Shown: positions 46,979 through 56,931 of the stretch, one piece after another
Layout: the number at the start of each line of letters is the position of its first letter
Numbering within the stretch: the first letter of the stretch is position 1
Assembly (NCBI GenBank): GCA_038128225.1
Contig: JAYPJF010000001.1
Location: 240,419 to 304,418 of the forward strand
DNA: 64,000 nucleotides
Direction of reading: 5' to 3'
DNA from: a bacterium
GTDB taxonomy: Bacteria > Patescibacteriota > Minisyncoccia > Phycocordibacterales > UBA2100
Translations under genes and position numbers: made by a program
The notes under the pieces: generated by a model
Databases searched by the model: none
Seen by the model: the letters and a program-made list of their open reading frames with translations, nothing else
Told to the model about the DNA's origin: nothing

Positions 46979-47051
46979 CAGTTACCTGGCGCGTGCGGAG
47001 ATACCATGTAGACTGCATTTAGACATGCGCACCTGAAGAAGGAGAAAAAAC

Positions 47052-47513
47052 ATGGAAGTCGTGTATGCTCACGAGTGGCGAACAGGCACACCAAGACACA
47101 GTATATTCTTGGCAGGGCCGAGTCCGCGCATGCAGGAAAATTATAATTGGAGACCCGAAGCGCTGAGAATACTCTCGGAACACGGATTTAAAGGCATGGT
47201 GTATGTGCCATTGCCGCGCGAAGGCGATTGGGCTGAGAATTACTATGCGCAGGTTGAGTGGGAGCTCGATTTTTTGGATAAAGCACACATGATCGCATTC
47301 TGGATCCCACGAGATCTAAAGCATTTGCCTGGATTTACTACGAACGTCGAGTTTGGTATGTATCTCAAGAGTAAAAAGATCGTGCTTGGGTACCCGCAAG
47401 GGGCTGCGAAGATGCGATACCTTGACACGGTTGCTCGTGTGAACAACGTGCCGGTGTATCATTCCCTTGAGGAGACGCTTGTGTGCGCAATGCGCATGGG
47501 TTGTTCCGAATAG
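47052..47513 (+). CDS. nucleoside 2-deoxyribosyltransferase-like protein
   Basis: SIFLAGPSPR...W....L.....G..VY.P...W......VEWE...L.....I.FWIP....L.G..TNVEFG pattern typical of the nucleoside 2-deoxyribosyltransferase-like fold. Confidence 0.45.
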   Translation: MEVVYAHEWRTGTPRHSIFLAGPSPRMQENYNWRPEALRILSEHGFKGMVYVPLPREGDWAENYYAQVEWELDFLDKAHMIAFWIPRDLKHLPGFTTNVEFGMYLKSKKIVLGYPQGAAKMRYLDTVARVNNVPVYHSLEETLVCAMRMGCSE

Positions 47514-47584
47514 TACACACAAGCGGCCGAAAGGCCGCTTGTTCAGTGCTCGACTCTTTTTATAATGCTGGGAAAATAGGAGGG

Positions 47585-48163
47585 ATGTACGAAAAATATA
47601 CTACCGATGCGCTCGTACTTGCTACGCACGAGCACGGCGAGCATGATAAGACCATTGTGTTGTATACGCGTGCCTTCGGGCTTGTGTATGCACGAGCATC
47701 TGGTGTGCGGAAAGAGCTCTCGCGCATGCGGGGCGCACTCCAATTTGGTTCACATGTTTCCGTGTCACTCATACATGGTTCGCGCGGGTGGCGTGCTACA
47801 GGTACAACTGCACTACAGACCCTGACAATAACTCCAGATCACAGAGAAGGATTGGTAGCGCTTGCGCGTATTTATAAACTCGTGCGACGGTTGGTTCACG
47901 GAGAAGAGCAGAATGAGTACTTGTTCGAGACGCTTCTGGGCGCACGTACGCACTTGCTACAAAACACAGTGGCGATTGGAACGATTGAATTATTGTGTGT
48001 TGCGCGCACGCTTCACGGACTCGGTTATTTGTCGGCGGCTGCGGTAGGAGCTGCATGTTTCGCTGATACTGCCTATGCACCGCAACAGCTTGAAGAGGTT
48101 GGGCGTATCGAAAAAGACTTACTAAAATCAGTGAACACGGCACTTGCCGAAAGCCAGCTGTAG
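47585..48163 (+). CDS. recO: DNA repair protein RecO-like
   Basis: N-terminal OB-fold pattern YTTDALVLATHEHGEHDKTIVLYTRAFGLVYARASGVRK and ~190-aa length; start taken at MYEKY (47585). Confidence 0.55.
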   Translation: MYEKYTTDALVLATHEHGEHDKTIVLYTRAFGLVYARASGVRKELSRMRGALQFGSHVSVSLIHGSRGWRATGTTALQTLTITPDHREGLVALARIYKLVRRLVHGEEQNEYLFETLLGARTHLLQNTVAIGTIELLCVARTLHGLGYLSAAAVGAACFADTAYAPQQLEEVGRIEKDLLKSVNTALAESQL

Positions 48164-48192
48164 CGGGCGCTCTCTCTTGGTATACTTCCCCT

Positions 48193-50178
48193 ATGGAAGA
48201 AGATCGCAGTGAGGTCGAGCAAAGCAAGCGACTGCAGCATTTGCGACAAGCGATGTATTCGCGCTCGATTTCCCCAAAGTTACATATGCGCGCGCGACGC
48301 GAGCTTAACGAATTGCCGACTGATATTCCTGAAGATTGGGAGAAAAAAGTTGATCCTGTTTCGAGCAGCCGTATTGCACCGCGTGTTATTGGCGCAACGC
48401 GGTCGGTACTTACGTGGGTGCTAGGGCTTTCGGCTATCTTTTTTGTTGCTTCAATCGGAATTTTTCTCTATTACTTTGTATTTGGAGCGGGTAACTTGGT
48501 AGCAGCCCCAGAAAATATCGACATTCTCGTGCGAGGACCTTCAACGATTCAAGGCGGACAGGCTGCGGAGCTTCAAATTGTCGTGACAAATAGAAACAAC
48601 GCGACACTCGAGCTTGCTGATTTGATCGTAACGTATCCGAAAGGCACGCGTTCACCCGCAGATTTTACGACCGACTTGCCGCAGCAGCGTGTGTCGCTTG
48701 GCGCGATTGAGCCAGGCGGGCGTCGCCAAGGTACCGTTTCCGCTGTTTTTCTTGGCTCCGAAAACGCTTCGCTTACGGCTCATGTCGAGCTCGAGTACCG
48801 GACGGTAAACTCAAGTGCCATTTACGCTGCCCAATCCGATTACATGTTTGCGCTTGCCTCAGCACCAGTTTCGATTGCAATTGAGGCAAATGACGAAGCG
48901 GTAGCGGGACAGCCGCTCCTTCTAACTGCAACGGTGCGCGCGAATGCCGACACGCTCGTGAAAGATGTCGTGCTTGAGGCATCGTACCCGTTTGGCTTCA
49001 AGTTTGACTATTCAGAACCAGAAACGAAAAACGGGGTGTTTTGGGAACTCGGTGATTTGAGACCTGGAGAAGAACGAATTATCAGAGTCCGAGGTATTTT
49101 GGAGGGACAGGAGAGCGATGAACGATTGTTTACATTGCGCGCGGGCACACGGCGGAATAAGGACAGCAAAGCAATAGATTATCTTGTCGCAGAAAGTACG
49201 CATAGGCTCGCGATCGCAAAGCCGTTCATCGGTCTCGGGATCGCGGTGAACAAAGAAACAGGCGACAATGCAGCTGTATCAAAAGTCGGAGAAACAGTAA
49301 ACGTGACCGTGTCGTATGTAAATAATTTAGGTACACCAATTAGTAACGCGGTAATCGTGGCGCGCCTCACAGGTCTTAAGCTCGATGACACAAGTATTCG
49401 CACTATAGACGGATTTTATCGATCTTCTGACCGAACTGTACTATGGGACAAAACGACAACGCGCGGCGTCCTCAGTGACTTGGCGCCAGGCGCGCGCGGG
49501 ACACTCAACTTCTCATTTGAAATGCCAAACGAAGAAGTCGCACTTGAGTTGCGAGAAGCGCAGGTTGATATCGCTATACACGCTGCAGGGAAACGCGTCG
49601 GTGATGCGGGCGTTCCCGAAACATTACAAACAGTGCGCTCGCGCACGATAAAACTCGCATCAAATACGCATCTGCTCGCGCAAGGGTTTTATTATTCGAA
49701 CCCATTTGGCAGCGTCGGTCCTCTACCGCCAAAAGTGAACGAAGAAACAACATACGCAGTTGCCTTTACAATCGCAAACACCTCAAATAAGATCACGGGC
49801 GGCGTGCTGAAAGCGGAACTGCCTCCGTATGTGCGCTGGCTGGGAGTATACAGCCCCTCAAGCGAGCGTTTAGTTTTTAACACGTCCGATGGAAGTATTG
49901 AATGGAACGTAGGAGATGTTGCACAGGGAGTGGGAGTGAAATCTGCGCCGCCACGACAAGTGGTACTCGCGGTTGGGCTCACGCCTTCCGCAAGTCAGAT
50001 TGGGTCACAGCCAGAACTGGTGCGCGGCATTACCTTTACAGGCAAGGACGCTTTCACGAGTGCCCCAATTGAACTTAAAGCAGGGGCGGTTAATACGAAT
50101 TTACTCGATGATCCAGGTTTTTCAACTGCCGAGGCGAAAGTGATTTCAAATATCGAAGTGTCCACCGGACAACAATGA
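48193..50178 (+). CDS. large membrane-anchored protein with repeated beta-rich extracytoplasmic modules
   Basis: Cytoplasmic basic N-terminus, one TM (VLTWVLGLSAIFFVASIGIFLYYFVF), then ~550 aa with recurring ..LTATV.., ..VSYVNNLG.., ..FTIANTSNK.. strand-like motifs; no family assigned. Confidence 0.45.
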   Translation: MEEDRSEVEQSKRLQHLRQAMYSRSISPKLHMRARRELNELPTDIPEDWEKKVDPVSSSRIAPRVIGATRSVLTWVLGLSAIFFVASIGIFLYYFVFGAGNLVAAPENIDILVRGPSTIQGGQAAELQIVVTNRNNATLELADLIVTYPKGTRSPADFTTDLPQQRVSLGAIEPGGRRQGTVSAVFLGSENASLTAHVELEYRTVNSSAIYAAQSDYMFALASAPVSIAIEANDEAVAGQPLLLTATVRANADTLVKDVVLEASYPFGFKFDYSEPETKNGVFWELGDLRPGEERIIRVRGILEGQESDERLFTLRAGTRRNKDSKAIDYLVAESTHRLAIAKPFIGLGIAVNKETGDNAAVSKVGETVNVTVSYVNNLGTPISNAVIVARLTGLKLDDTSIRTIDGFYRSSDRTVLWDKTTTRGVLSDLAPGARGTLNFSFEMPNEEVALELREAQVDIAIHAAGKRVGDAGVPETLQTVRSRTIKLASNTHLLAQGFYYSNPFGSVGPLPPKVNEETTYAVAFTIANTSNKITGGVLKAELPPYVRWLGVYSPSSERLVFNTSDGSIEWNVGDVAQGVGVKSAPPRQVVLAVGLTPSASQIGSQPELVRGITFTGKDAFTSAPIELKAGAVNTNLLDDPGFSTAEAKVISNIEVSTGQQ

Positions 50179-51491
50179 CACACACTACTATGGAAAAAAT
50201 AATTTCGCTGTGTAAACGGCGAGGATTCATATACCAAGGCTCGGAAATTTATGGAGGACTCGCCGGTACATGGGACTACGGTCCTTATGGTGTTTCGCTT
50301 AAGAATAATATCAAAGCTTTATGGTGGCAGATGTTTGTCGATGCGCGCGATGATATGTACGGTGTAGACGCGGCGATTCTTATGCACCCCAAGGTATGGG
50401 AAGCAAGCGGGCACGTAAGTGGTTTTTCTGACCCTCTTGTCGAATGTACCCAATGTAAACGGAGGTTTCGCGCGGACCACCTTGAAGACAAGAAAAAATG
50501 TCCCGAGTGCGGAGGGTCGCTCGGAGAAGAACGCCAGTTCAATATGATGTTTAAGACGCATGTTGGAGCGATGGAGGACGAAAACTCAGTGTCGTATCTG
50601 CGCCCTGAAACCGCAGGAGGTATGTTTGTTAATTTTAAAAACGTAGTTGACTCCCTACATCCGAAAATGCCGTTCGGGTTAGGACAAATCGGAAAAGCGT
50701 TTCGTAACGAAATTGCGCCTCGTGATTTCATATTCCGCTCTCGCGAATTTGAACAAATGGAGATTGAGTATTTTGTGCATCCGCGTATGTGGGAAGAAAA
50801 GTTCGAGGCGTGGCGTGTCGCAATGCATGAATGGATGCAGGCGGTTGGTATCGATACACGCAAGGTGACCGAACTTGATGTGCCTGAAGATGAACGCGCG
50901 CACTACAGTAAGCGCACGATTGATTTTGAGTTTGAATACCCGTTTGGAAAAAAAGAATTATACGGACTCGCGTATCGTACTGATTTTGATCTTTCCGCGC
51001 ACACGCACCATTCAGGTGCCGAACTCTCTCTTGTCGACGAAGAAACAGGAGAAAAATATACACCACATGTCATCGAACCTTCGCTCGGAGTCGACCGTAC
51101 TGTACTTGCTGTACTCGCTTCAGTGTATACCGAAGACGAAATGAATGGCGAGAGCCGAACGTACTTAAGGTTTCCTAAAGAGATTGCGCCGGTGAAGGCG
51201 GCAGTCTTTCCGCTCCTTAAGAATAAACCGCACCTTGTTGAGAAAGCTCGTGATGTATACAGTATGCTTAAAAAAATCGAGCCACGGATTGTGTGGGACG
51301 ATAACGGTAATGTTGGAAAACGGTACCGTCGCCAGGATGAAATTGGCACACCGTACTGTATTACTATCGATTTTGACACACTTGGTGAGAATGGTGAGGA
51401 TAAGAAAGATACAGTAACTGTTCGCGATCGTGATACAGGAAAGCAGTCGCGCGTTACGATTTCGAAACTGGCGGAATATATACGCGGATAG
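50175..51491 (+). CDS. glyQS: glycine--tRNA ligase (alpha2 dimeric class II type)
   Basis: KRRGFIYQGSEIYGGLAGTWDYGPYG, class II motifs, Zn-knuckle CTQCKRRF..CPECGG insert; ATGA overlap with upstream gene. Confidence 0.9.
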   Translation: MTHTTMEKIISLCKRRGFIYQGSEIYGGLAGTWDYGPYGVSLKNNIKALWWQMFVDARDDMYGVDAAILMHPKVWEASGHVSGFSDPLVECTQCKRRFRADHLEDKKKCPECGGSLGEERQFNMMFKTHVGAMEDENSVSYLRPETAGGMFVNFKNVVDSLHPKMPFGLGQIGKAFRNEIAPRDFIFRSREFEQMEIEYFVHPRMWEEKFEAWRVAMHEWMQAVGIDTRKVTELDVPEDERAHYSKRTIDFEFEYPFGKKELYGLAYRTDFDLSAHTHHSGAELSLVDEETGEKYTPHVIEPSLGVDRTVLAVLASVYTEDEMNGESRTYLRFPKEIAPVKAAVFPLLKNKPHLVEKARDVYSMLKKIEPRIVWDDNGNVGKRYRRQDEIGTPYCITIDFDTLGENGEDKKDTVTVRDRDTGKQSRVTISKLAEYIRG

Positions 51492-51533
51492 TAATTAGTG
51501 GCCCAATTTTTTTGGGCGCGTATACTGTAGCTC

Positions 51534-52598
51534 ATGCCAGAGGACCGGACTTTTTCAATCTCAATCACGTTTGGGACGGTCATCAAGATACTCTTTGTGC
51601 TCGCGGGCGCGTGGCTCGTGTACGAACTTTTTGATGTGGTACTCGTCATGCTTATGGCGATAGTAATCGCCTCGGCAATAGAACCCATGGCGCGTTCTTT
51701 GATGAAGCGAAAAATACCGCGCACTGTTGCGGTTCTGCTTGTGTACATACTTTTCTTGGGGGGACTGTTCGGAATGTTGTATCTTTTTGTGCCGCTCCTT
51801 TTGAGTGAGACAGCGAATTTTGTTGCCGCATTGCCGTCATATGCAGAACATGTACAGCACATTACTCCAGAGTACAGCCCGATACTCTCGGCAACCGGAG
51901 CAAATCCGAGCGCGTCGATTACTGGCGCGATTTCTCAACTACAGGCGCTTGTCACCGAGTTTTCACAAAACATTTTTGCAGCTGCGAGTGCGATTTTTGG
52001 TGGGTTGTTGAGTTTCATACTCATTCTTGTGTTTTCGTTTTACTTTTCGATCCAAGAGCGGGGTATTGAGGATTTTCTTCGGATCGTCACGCCGTTTCAA
52101 TATGAGGATTATGTTATCGGCTTGTGGCGCCGCGCACAAACAAAAATAGGGTTGTGGATGCAGGGGCAGCTTATCTTGGGAATTTTCGTAGGCGTACTGG
52201 TGTTTCTCGTTTTGACGATTCTGGGGATTAAACATGCTCTTGTTCTTGCGGTGATTGCAGCGCTGTTTGAGATTATCCCGATTGTTGGGCCGACGCTCTC
52301 TGCAGTTCCTGCAGTATTTGTTGGTTTTGTCGATGGGGGTATTACTGTCGGCATCTTGGTTATTGCTGCGTATGCCATTATCCAACAATTTGAAAATCAT
52401 CTCATTTACCCGCTTGTTGTTTCGAAAGTGGTTGGGGTGCCGCCATTATTTATCATTCTCGGTTTAATCATTGGCGCCAAGCTCGCGGGAGTTATTGGTA
52501 TTTTATTGTCAGCGCCGATTGCCGCGGTGCTTCAGGAGTTTGTAAGTGATTTGGAGCGACATCGGATCAAGCGCGTGTCCAAGAAAAGCCTTGCGTAA
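51534..52598 (+). CDS. AI-2E family transporter (PerM/UPF0118)
   Basis: 8 TM, ~350 aa, characteristic ..FIPYIGP../..LIGLIGA..-type segments. Confidence 0.7.
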   Translation: MPEDRTFSISITFGTVIKILFVLAGAWLVYELFDVVLVMLMAIVIASAIEPMARSLMKRKIPRTVAVLLVYILFLGGLFGMLYLFVPLLLSETANFVAALPSYAEHVQHITPEYSPILSATGANPSASITGAISQLQALVTEFSQNIFAAASAIFGGLLSFILILVFSFYFSIQERGIEDFLRIVTPFQYEDYVIGLWRRAQTKIGLWMQGQLILGIFVGVLVFLVLTILGIKHALVLAVIAALFEIIPIVGPTLSAVPAVFVGFVDGGITVGILVIAAYAIIQQFENHLIYPLVVSKVVGVPPLFIILGLIIGAKLAGVIGILLSAPIAAVLQEFVSDLERHRIKRVSKKSLA

Positions 52599-52626
52599 GA
52601 GCGCGAAGTTGCGTAGTCTCAGCATC

Positions 52627-54057
52627 ATGCGACGCTACATCACAACCACGCTTCCTTATGTGAATGCCGACCCGCATATCGGGTTTGCGGTTGAAATTGT
52701 CCAGGCTGATATGCTGGCACGTCATTATCGATCTGTCGGTGACGAAGTGTTTTTTTCAACGGGTACCGATGAGCATGGCCAAAAGATTTACGATAAAGCA
52801 CGCGAACAACACGAAGATGTGCAGTCGTATGTAGACCGATATGCGGCTTCGTTCGAGCGTTTGAAAAGCGTACTCGGTCTTTCTTACGATGCTTTTATTC
52901 GGACAACAAACAAGGCGCACATGGAAGCGGCACAAGAGCTTTGGAGGCGATGCGCAGCGCAGGGGGATATCTATAAGAAAAAATATCAAGGACTCTACTG
53001 TGTAGGGTGCGAAAAGTTCATGACGGAAAAAGACCTTGTAAATGATCGGTGCCCACTGCATCCAGATCGTATTCCCGAGATTGTCGAAGAAGAAAATTAC
53101 TTCTTCTCATTATCGAAGTATCAGCGCGGGTTACTTGACTACCTTTCACGTGACGGCGTAGCGGTTGTTCCCGGGTCTCGTCGCGAAGAAGCGCGGCGCT
53201 TTGTTGCCGAAGGGCTCGAAGATTTTAGTATTTCTCGAGAGAAGGGTCGTATGCCGTGGGGGATTCCTGTTCCAGGAGATGACGCGCAAGTGATGTATGT
53301 GTGGTTTGATGCGCTCACCAACTACATTTCAACACTTGGGTGGCCGCATGATCCAGAAGGCAAGTTCGGGCAATTTTGGAATAGTGGTGAGACGCTTCAA
53401 TGTGCAGGGAAAGACCAGGTACGGTTCCAGTCAATTATGTGGCAAGCAATGCTTATGTCTGCAGGTATCAAACCGACTGACCGGGTCTTTTACCACGGTT
53501 TCATCACGTCGGAGGGTCAAAAGATGAGCAAATCACTCGGGAATGTTATTAGCCCCTTTGATCTTGTCGACAAATACGGCACGGATGCGACCCGGTATCT
53601 GTTGCTACGTCATGTGCACCCCACGGAAGACACTGACGTAACCTGGGGCAGGCTCGATGAGTGGTATGAGGCAAATTTGGTAAACGGACTCGGAAATCTA
53701 GTCGCGCGCGTTATGAAGCTTGCCGAAAGCAATCTAGAATCTATACGTGAACAGCCTCCCCGAGGTACGATTCCTGAAAGCTACCAAATTGCTGTTGGTA
53801 ACTACGACTTTTTGGGTGCGGCTAACTACATATGGGAACGCATTGGCTTGCTTGATGCAAAAATTACCACCGAGGAGCCGTTTAAGGTTGTAAAAACAGA
53901 CCTCGAACGTGGCAGAGAGATGATACGGCATGCGGTGAACGAGCTTGATACTATCGCACGACTACTCGATCCATTTATGCCGTACACGAGCGCGGTGATC
54001 ATAAAGGCGATACGCGAGAACAAAAAGCCAGAAAACTTGTTTCCGCGCCTTGCATGA
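52627..54057 (+). CDS. metG: methionine--tRNA ligase (short form without C-terminal tRNA-binding domain)
   Basis: TTTLPYVNADPHIGFA (HIGH-type), Zn knuckle CVGCEKF...CPLHP, KMSKSLGNV; start at MRRYITT (52627). Confidence 0.9.
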   Translation: MRRYITTTLPYVNADPHIGFAVEIVQADMLARHYRSVGDEVFFSTGTDEHGQKIYDKAREQHEDVQSYVDRYAASFERLKSVLGLSYDAFIRTTNKAHMEAAQELWRRCAAQGDIYKKKYQGLYCVGCEKFMTEKDLVNDRCPLHPDRIPEIVEEENYFFSLSKYQRGLLDYLSRDGVAVVPGSRREEARRFVAEGLEDFSISREKGRMPWGIPVPGDDAQVMYVWFDALTNYISTLGWPHDPEGKFGQFWNSGETLQCAGKDQVRFQSIMWQAMLMSAGIKPTDRVFYHGFITSEGQKMSKSLGNVISPFDLVDKYGTDATRYLLLRHVHPTEDTDVTWGRLDEWYEANLVNGLGNLVARVMKLAESNLESIREQPPRGTIPESYQIAVGNYDFLGAANYIWERIGLLDAKITTEEPFKVVKTDLERGREMIRHAVNELDTIARLLDPFMPYTSAVIIKAIRENKKPENLFPRLA

Positions 54058-54857
54058 CGCGTTACCTCGACACACACTCGCACCTCTACTTCTCGGAGTT
54101 CGATCAGGATCGGGAAGCGGTTTTTGATCGCATGCGAGCTGCGGGTGTATGTACTATTTCTGTCGGCACAAATCTCATGACCAGTAAGCAAGCGATACAA
54201 TCTGCGCGTGATTACGCTGAGGTTGTGGGGGCGACCGTCGGACTCCATCCGAATCGCGCGCACGAAGGTTTTGATGACGCGCTTTTCGCAGAGCTTTTTT
54301 CCGCGCAAGAAACACCTCTTATTGTTGCCGTAGGCGAGTGTGGCCTTGATTACTATCGCGGGGTAGATGAGGCAGCGAAACAGAGACAGCAAGATGTTTT
54401 TGGGCGGCAAATCGAATTTGCCGTTGCTCACGATCTACCGCTCGTGCTCCATGTTCGTTCGGCGCCAGGCACTTTTGGTGCACACGAAGACGCGCTCATG
54501 CTCCTTGATCGGGCACGGACGGTACATGGGAACAAAGTGCGCGGTACATGCCACTTCTTTACTGCGCCCATGGCGGTTGCTAAAGAGTACTGGGTGAGGG
54601 GGTTTGCAGTATCTTTGCCAGGAGTGATTACTTTTGCAAAAGAGTGCGAGGAGGTCGTTCGGTATGCGCCGCAGGATTTGATTTTGGCCGAAACCGACTC
54701 GCCATACGCCGCTCCGCTGTCGTGCCGCGGAGGACGCAACGAACCCTCTAATATTGTTGAAATAGTTGAGCGCATCGCTACTTTGCGCGGGGAGAGAAAA
54801 GAGCAAGTTGCGTTGTATTTGGAACAGAATACGCAGCGAATCTTTCGCATACCGTAA
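54054..54857 (+). CDS. tatD: TatD-family metal-dependent hydrolase/DNase
   Basis: YLDTHSHL, GECGLDYY, LPLVLHVR, TDSPY motifs; ATGA overlap with metG. Confidence 0.8.
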   Translation: MTRYLDTHSHLYFSEFDQDREAVFDRMRAAGVCTISVGTNLMTSKQAIQSARDYAEVVGATVGLHPNRAHEGFDDALFAELFSAQETPLIVAVGECGLDYYRGVDEAAKQRQQDVFGRQIEFAVAHDLPLVLHVRSAPGTFGAHEDALMLLDRARTVHGNKVRGTCHFFTAPMAVAKEYWVRGFAVSLPGVITFAKECEEVVRYAPQDLILAETDSPYAAPLSCRGGRNEPSNIVEIVERIATLRGERKEQVALYLEQNTQRIFRIP

Positions 54858-54880
54858 CATCTTGCGATTCAAAAAAACTC

Positions 54881-55423
54881 ATGCTACAGTGCGCCGACAT
54901 GGCGAAAAAAGCGCTTAAAACAGAAGAAGAAATCACCGAGGCGAGTGCCTCTGTGGTCTATGAACTTGGATATCTCATCCCTTCTTCGGTTCAAGAAACC
55001 GAAACGGAAGCTGTTGTGAATTCAATCCGGGAAGCTATAAGTACCCACAACGGCTCTTTTATCGCAGAAGGTTCTCCACAATCAATTAAGCTCGCATACA
55101 CAATGGCACTTAGTGAAGCTGGTAAAAATCTTAAGTTTGATCGTGCCTATTTTGGGTGGATAAAGTTTGAACTTGCGCCTGAACACTTGTCAGTCGTCGA
55201 AACTTTATTGCGCACCCACAAGCAGGTACTACGCTCGATTGTTTTTAAGACCGTGCGTGAGGAGACGCGCACCAGTGTACGTCAGTCGCTTTTGCGCGAG
55301 GTAAAGCGCACGGATACGATTGCTAGCCGCAAGAGCACGAAACCTGCAGAGGAGAAGACTTCGGCCGGGGAAGTTTCTGAAGAACAACTCAACGCAGCGA
55401 TTGAGACTCTTGTGTCGGAGTAG
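54881..55423 (+). CDS. rpsF: 30S ribosomal protein S6 with N- and C-terminal extensions
   Basis: YELGYLIPS...KLAYTM...AYFGWIKFELAPEHL..ETLLRTHKQVLRSIVFK aligns with the S6 core; conserved rpsF-ssb-rpsR order. Confidence 0.75.
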   Translation: MLQCADMAKKALKTEEEITEASASVVYELGYLIPSSVQETETEAVVNSIREAISTHNGSFIAEGSPQSIKLAYTMALSEAGKNLKFDRAYFGWIKFELAPEHLSVVETLLRTHKQVLRSIVFKTVREETRTSVRQSLLREVKRTDTIASRKSTKPAEEKTSAGEVSEEQLNAAIETLVSE

Positions 55424-55435
55424 TATAGTGCGTGT

Positions 55436-55891
55436 ATGTACATCAATAAAGCAATGGTGTTCGGTAATCTTACACGCGATCCGGAACTTCGCTCGTTGCC
55501 GAGCGGCATGCAAGTGGTGACGTTCTCGCTCGCGACGAATCGAACATATCGGGATCGCGAAGGCGCACGCCAAGAACAGACAGATTTTCATAACATTGTG
55601 GTTTTTGGGCGTCAGGCGGAGACCGTTTCGCAATATTTGAAAAAGGGGAGCTCAGCGTTCGTTGAGGGCCGCATGCAGACTCGTTCATGGGAGCAAGATG
55701 GCCAAAAGAAGTACCGAACTGAAATTGTTGCTGATCGCGTCCAATTTGGGCCGAAAGGCGGCGATGGCGGAGCGCGAAGCGGAGGAAGCGCGGCTGCAAA
55801 ACGTGAAGTAGCTGACGAAGCCTCTGCTGGCACAGGTTCAGGTATTGATTATCCGCAGGACGAAATTAATCCAGACGATATTCCATTTTAA
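55436..55891 (+). CDS. ssb: single-stranded DNA-binding protein
   Basis: OB fold ([13 protein letters not shown]...[12 protein letters not shown]...[12 protein letters not shown]), Gly-rich linker, C-terminal acidic tip DDIPF. Confidence 0.9.
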   Translation: MYINKAMVFGNLTRDPELRSLPSGMQVVTFSLATNRTYRDREGARQEQTDFHNIVVFGRQAETVSQYLKKGSSAFVEGRMQTRSWEQDGQKKYRTEIVADRVQFGPKGGDGGARSGGSAAAKREVADEASAGTGSGIDYPQDEINPDDIPF

Positions 55892-55893
55892 GT

Positions 55894-56094
55894 ATGACAG
55901 ATGCACCAATACTTCAGCATGATATTAAGCACGTCGACTACAAGGACAGTGAGTTGCTTAAGCAGTTCCTGAATCCGCACGGGCGCTTGATGCCACGTCG
56001 CCGCACGGGTCTTTCAGCACAGCAGCAGCGCGCCGTGAGCATTGCAGTAAAACGTGCTCGTTTCATGGGATTGTTGCCGTATATCCAACGATAG
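55894..56094 (+). CDS. rpsR: 30S ribosomal protein S18
   Basis: [49 protein letters not shown]. Confidence 0.9.
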   Translation: MTDAPILQHDIKHVDYKDSELLKQFLNPHGRLMPRRRTGLSAQQQRAVSIAVKRARFMGLLPYIQR

Positions 56095-56135
56095 GTTGTT
56101 TTAAATAAGTAAGAAGATTCAGCGCTCAAAAGTGC

Positions 56136-56163
56136 TTGTGCTTTGTATATTTTCTGGCATAAT
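56136..56163 (+). promoter_or_regulatory. sigma70-like promoter hexamers upstream of small peptide ORF
   Basis: TTGTGC-16 nt-CATAAT, ~35 nt upstream of an AAGGAG Shine-Dalgarno. Confidence 0.3.
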
Positions 56164-56197
56164 CCTGATTGGGAAGAAAGCCAAGGAGACGGCGAAA

Positions 56198-56287
56198 ATG
56201 ATGAAAGTTTTAGCAATTATAGGTACGATCGCATCGCTTGCGGTTGTCGGCGCGATCGCACTGATGACACTCCCGCCGGTCCACTGA
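56198..56287 (+). CDS. 29-aa hydrophobic peptide (single predicted TM helix)
   Basis: AAGGAG 9 nt upstream of ATGATG; MMKVLAIIGTIASLAVVGAIALMTLPPVH; followed by hairpin ACGCCCC-tta-GGGGCGT and T-rich stretch. Below the ORF-track size cutoff. Confidence 0.35.
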   Translation: MMKVLAIIGTIASLAVVGAIALMTLPPVH

Positions 56288-56332
56288 ATTCACAAACGGC
56301 CACGCCCCTTACGGGGCGTGTTCCATTTCAGC

Positions 56333-56902
56333 TTATTGTTTTTGTACGCGCTCGACGTATTCACCAGTATCGGTGTTGATGCGGACAACATCTCCTGCGT
56401 GAATGAACATGGGTACACCCACAATCGCTCCTGTTTCAAGAGTTACTTGTTTTGAACCTCCTTGTGCGGTGTTGCCGCGTACGTCAGGTGGGGCCTCGGT
56501 TACTTTTAGGTCCACTTTCACCGGAAGTTTTACTTTGATCACTTCGTCTTCAAACAGTACCAGGTCAACTTCTGCATTGTTTTTCAAATACACTCCTGAC
56601 TCACCGATAACAGTTTCCGCAAGCGGGAAGCGATCACGCGGATTCTTTGGATCGGTAAACCAGTATTCACCATTGCGCGCGTAGATGAACTGTACGGTTT
56701 TTGCTTCCAGCTCTGCTTCTTCAATTTTGTCTGATTGATGGAACGTGTACTCAGTTGCGCCACCGGTTTTTAAGTTCCGCAATTTGGTTTGATTCACCGG
56801 CTTTCGTTGCTGTTTTCTAAAGACCCAGGAAGACAACACTTCATACGGTGTCCCATCGAGGAGGATAATTTTTTTGGGGGTTACTTCGTTATATGCAAGC
56901 AT
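56333..56902 (-). CDS. efp: elongation factor P
   Basis: Three-domain EF-P (KPVNQTKLRNLKTG loop, OB domains II/III). Confidence 0.9.
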   Translation of the reverse strand: MLAYNEVTPKKIILLDGTPYEVLSSWVFRKQQRKPVNQTKLRNLKTGGATEYTFHQSDKIEEAELEAKTVQFIYARNGEYWFTDPKNPRDRFPLAETVIGESGVYLKNNAEVDLVLFEDEVIKVKLPVKVDLKVTEAPPDVRGNTAQGGSKQVTLETGAIVGVPMFIHAGDVVRINTDTGEYVERVQKQ

Positions 56903-56931
56903 ACCCGCGCATCCTACCGAGCTTTGTGCGT

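Noticed and set aside
56143-56379. 78-aa ORF 56143-56379 downstream of rpsR
   Set aside because: It has no RBS, and its hydrophilic composition is odd. It overlaps, in a different frame, the 29-codon peptide that has a perfect AAGGAG-N9-ATG context. It also runs through the terminator hairpin.
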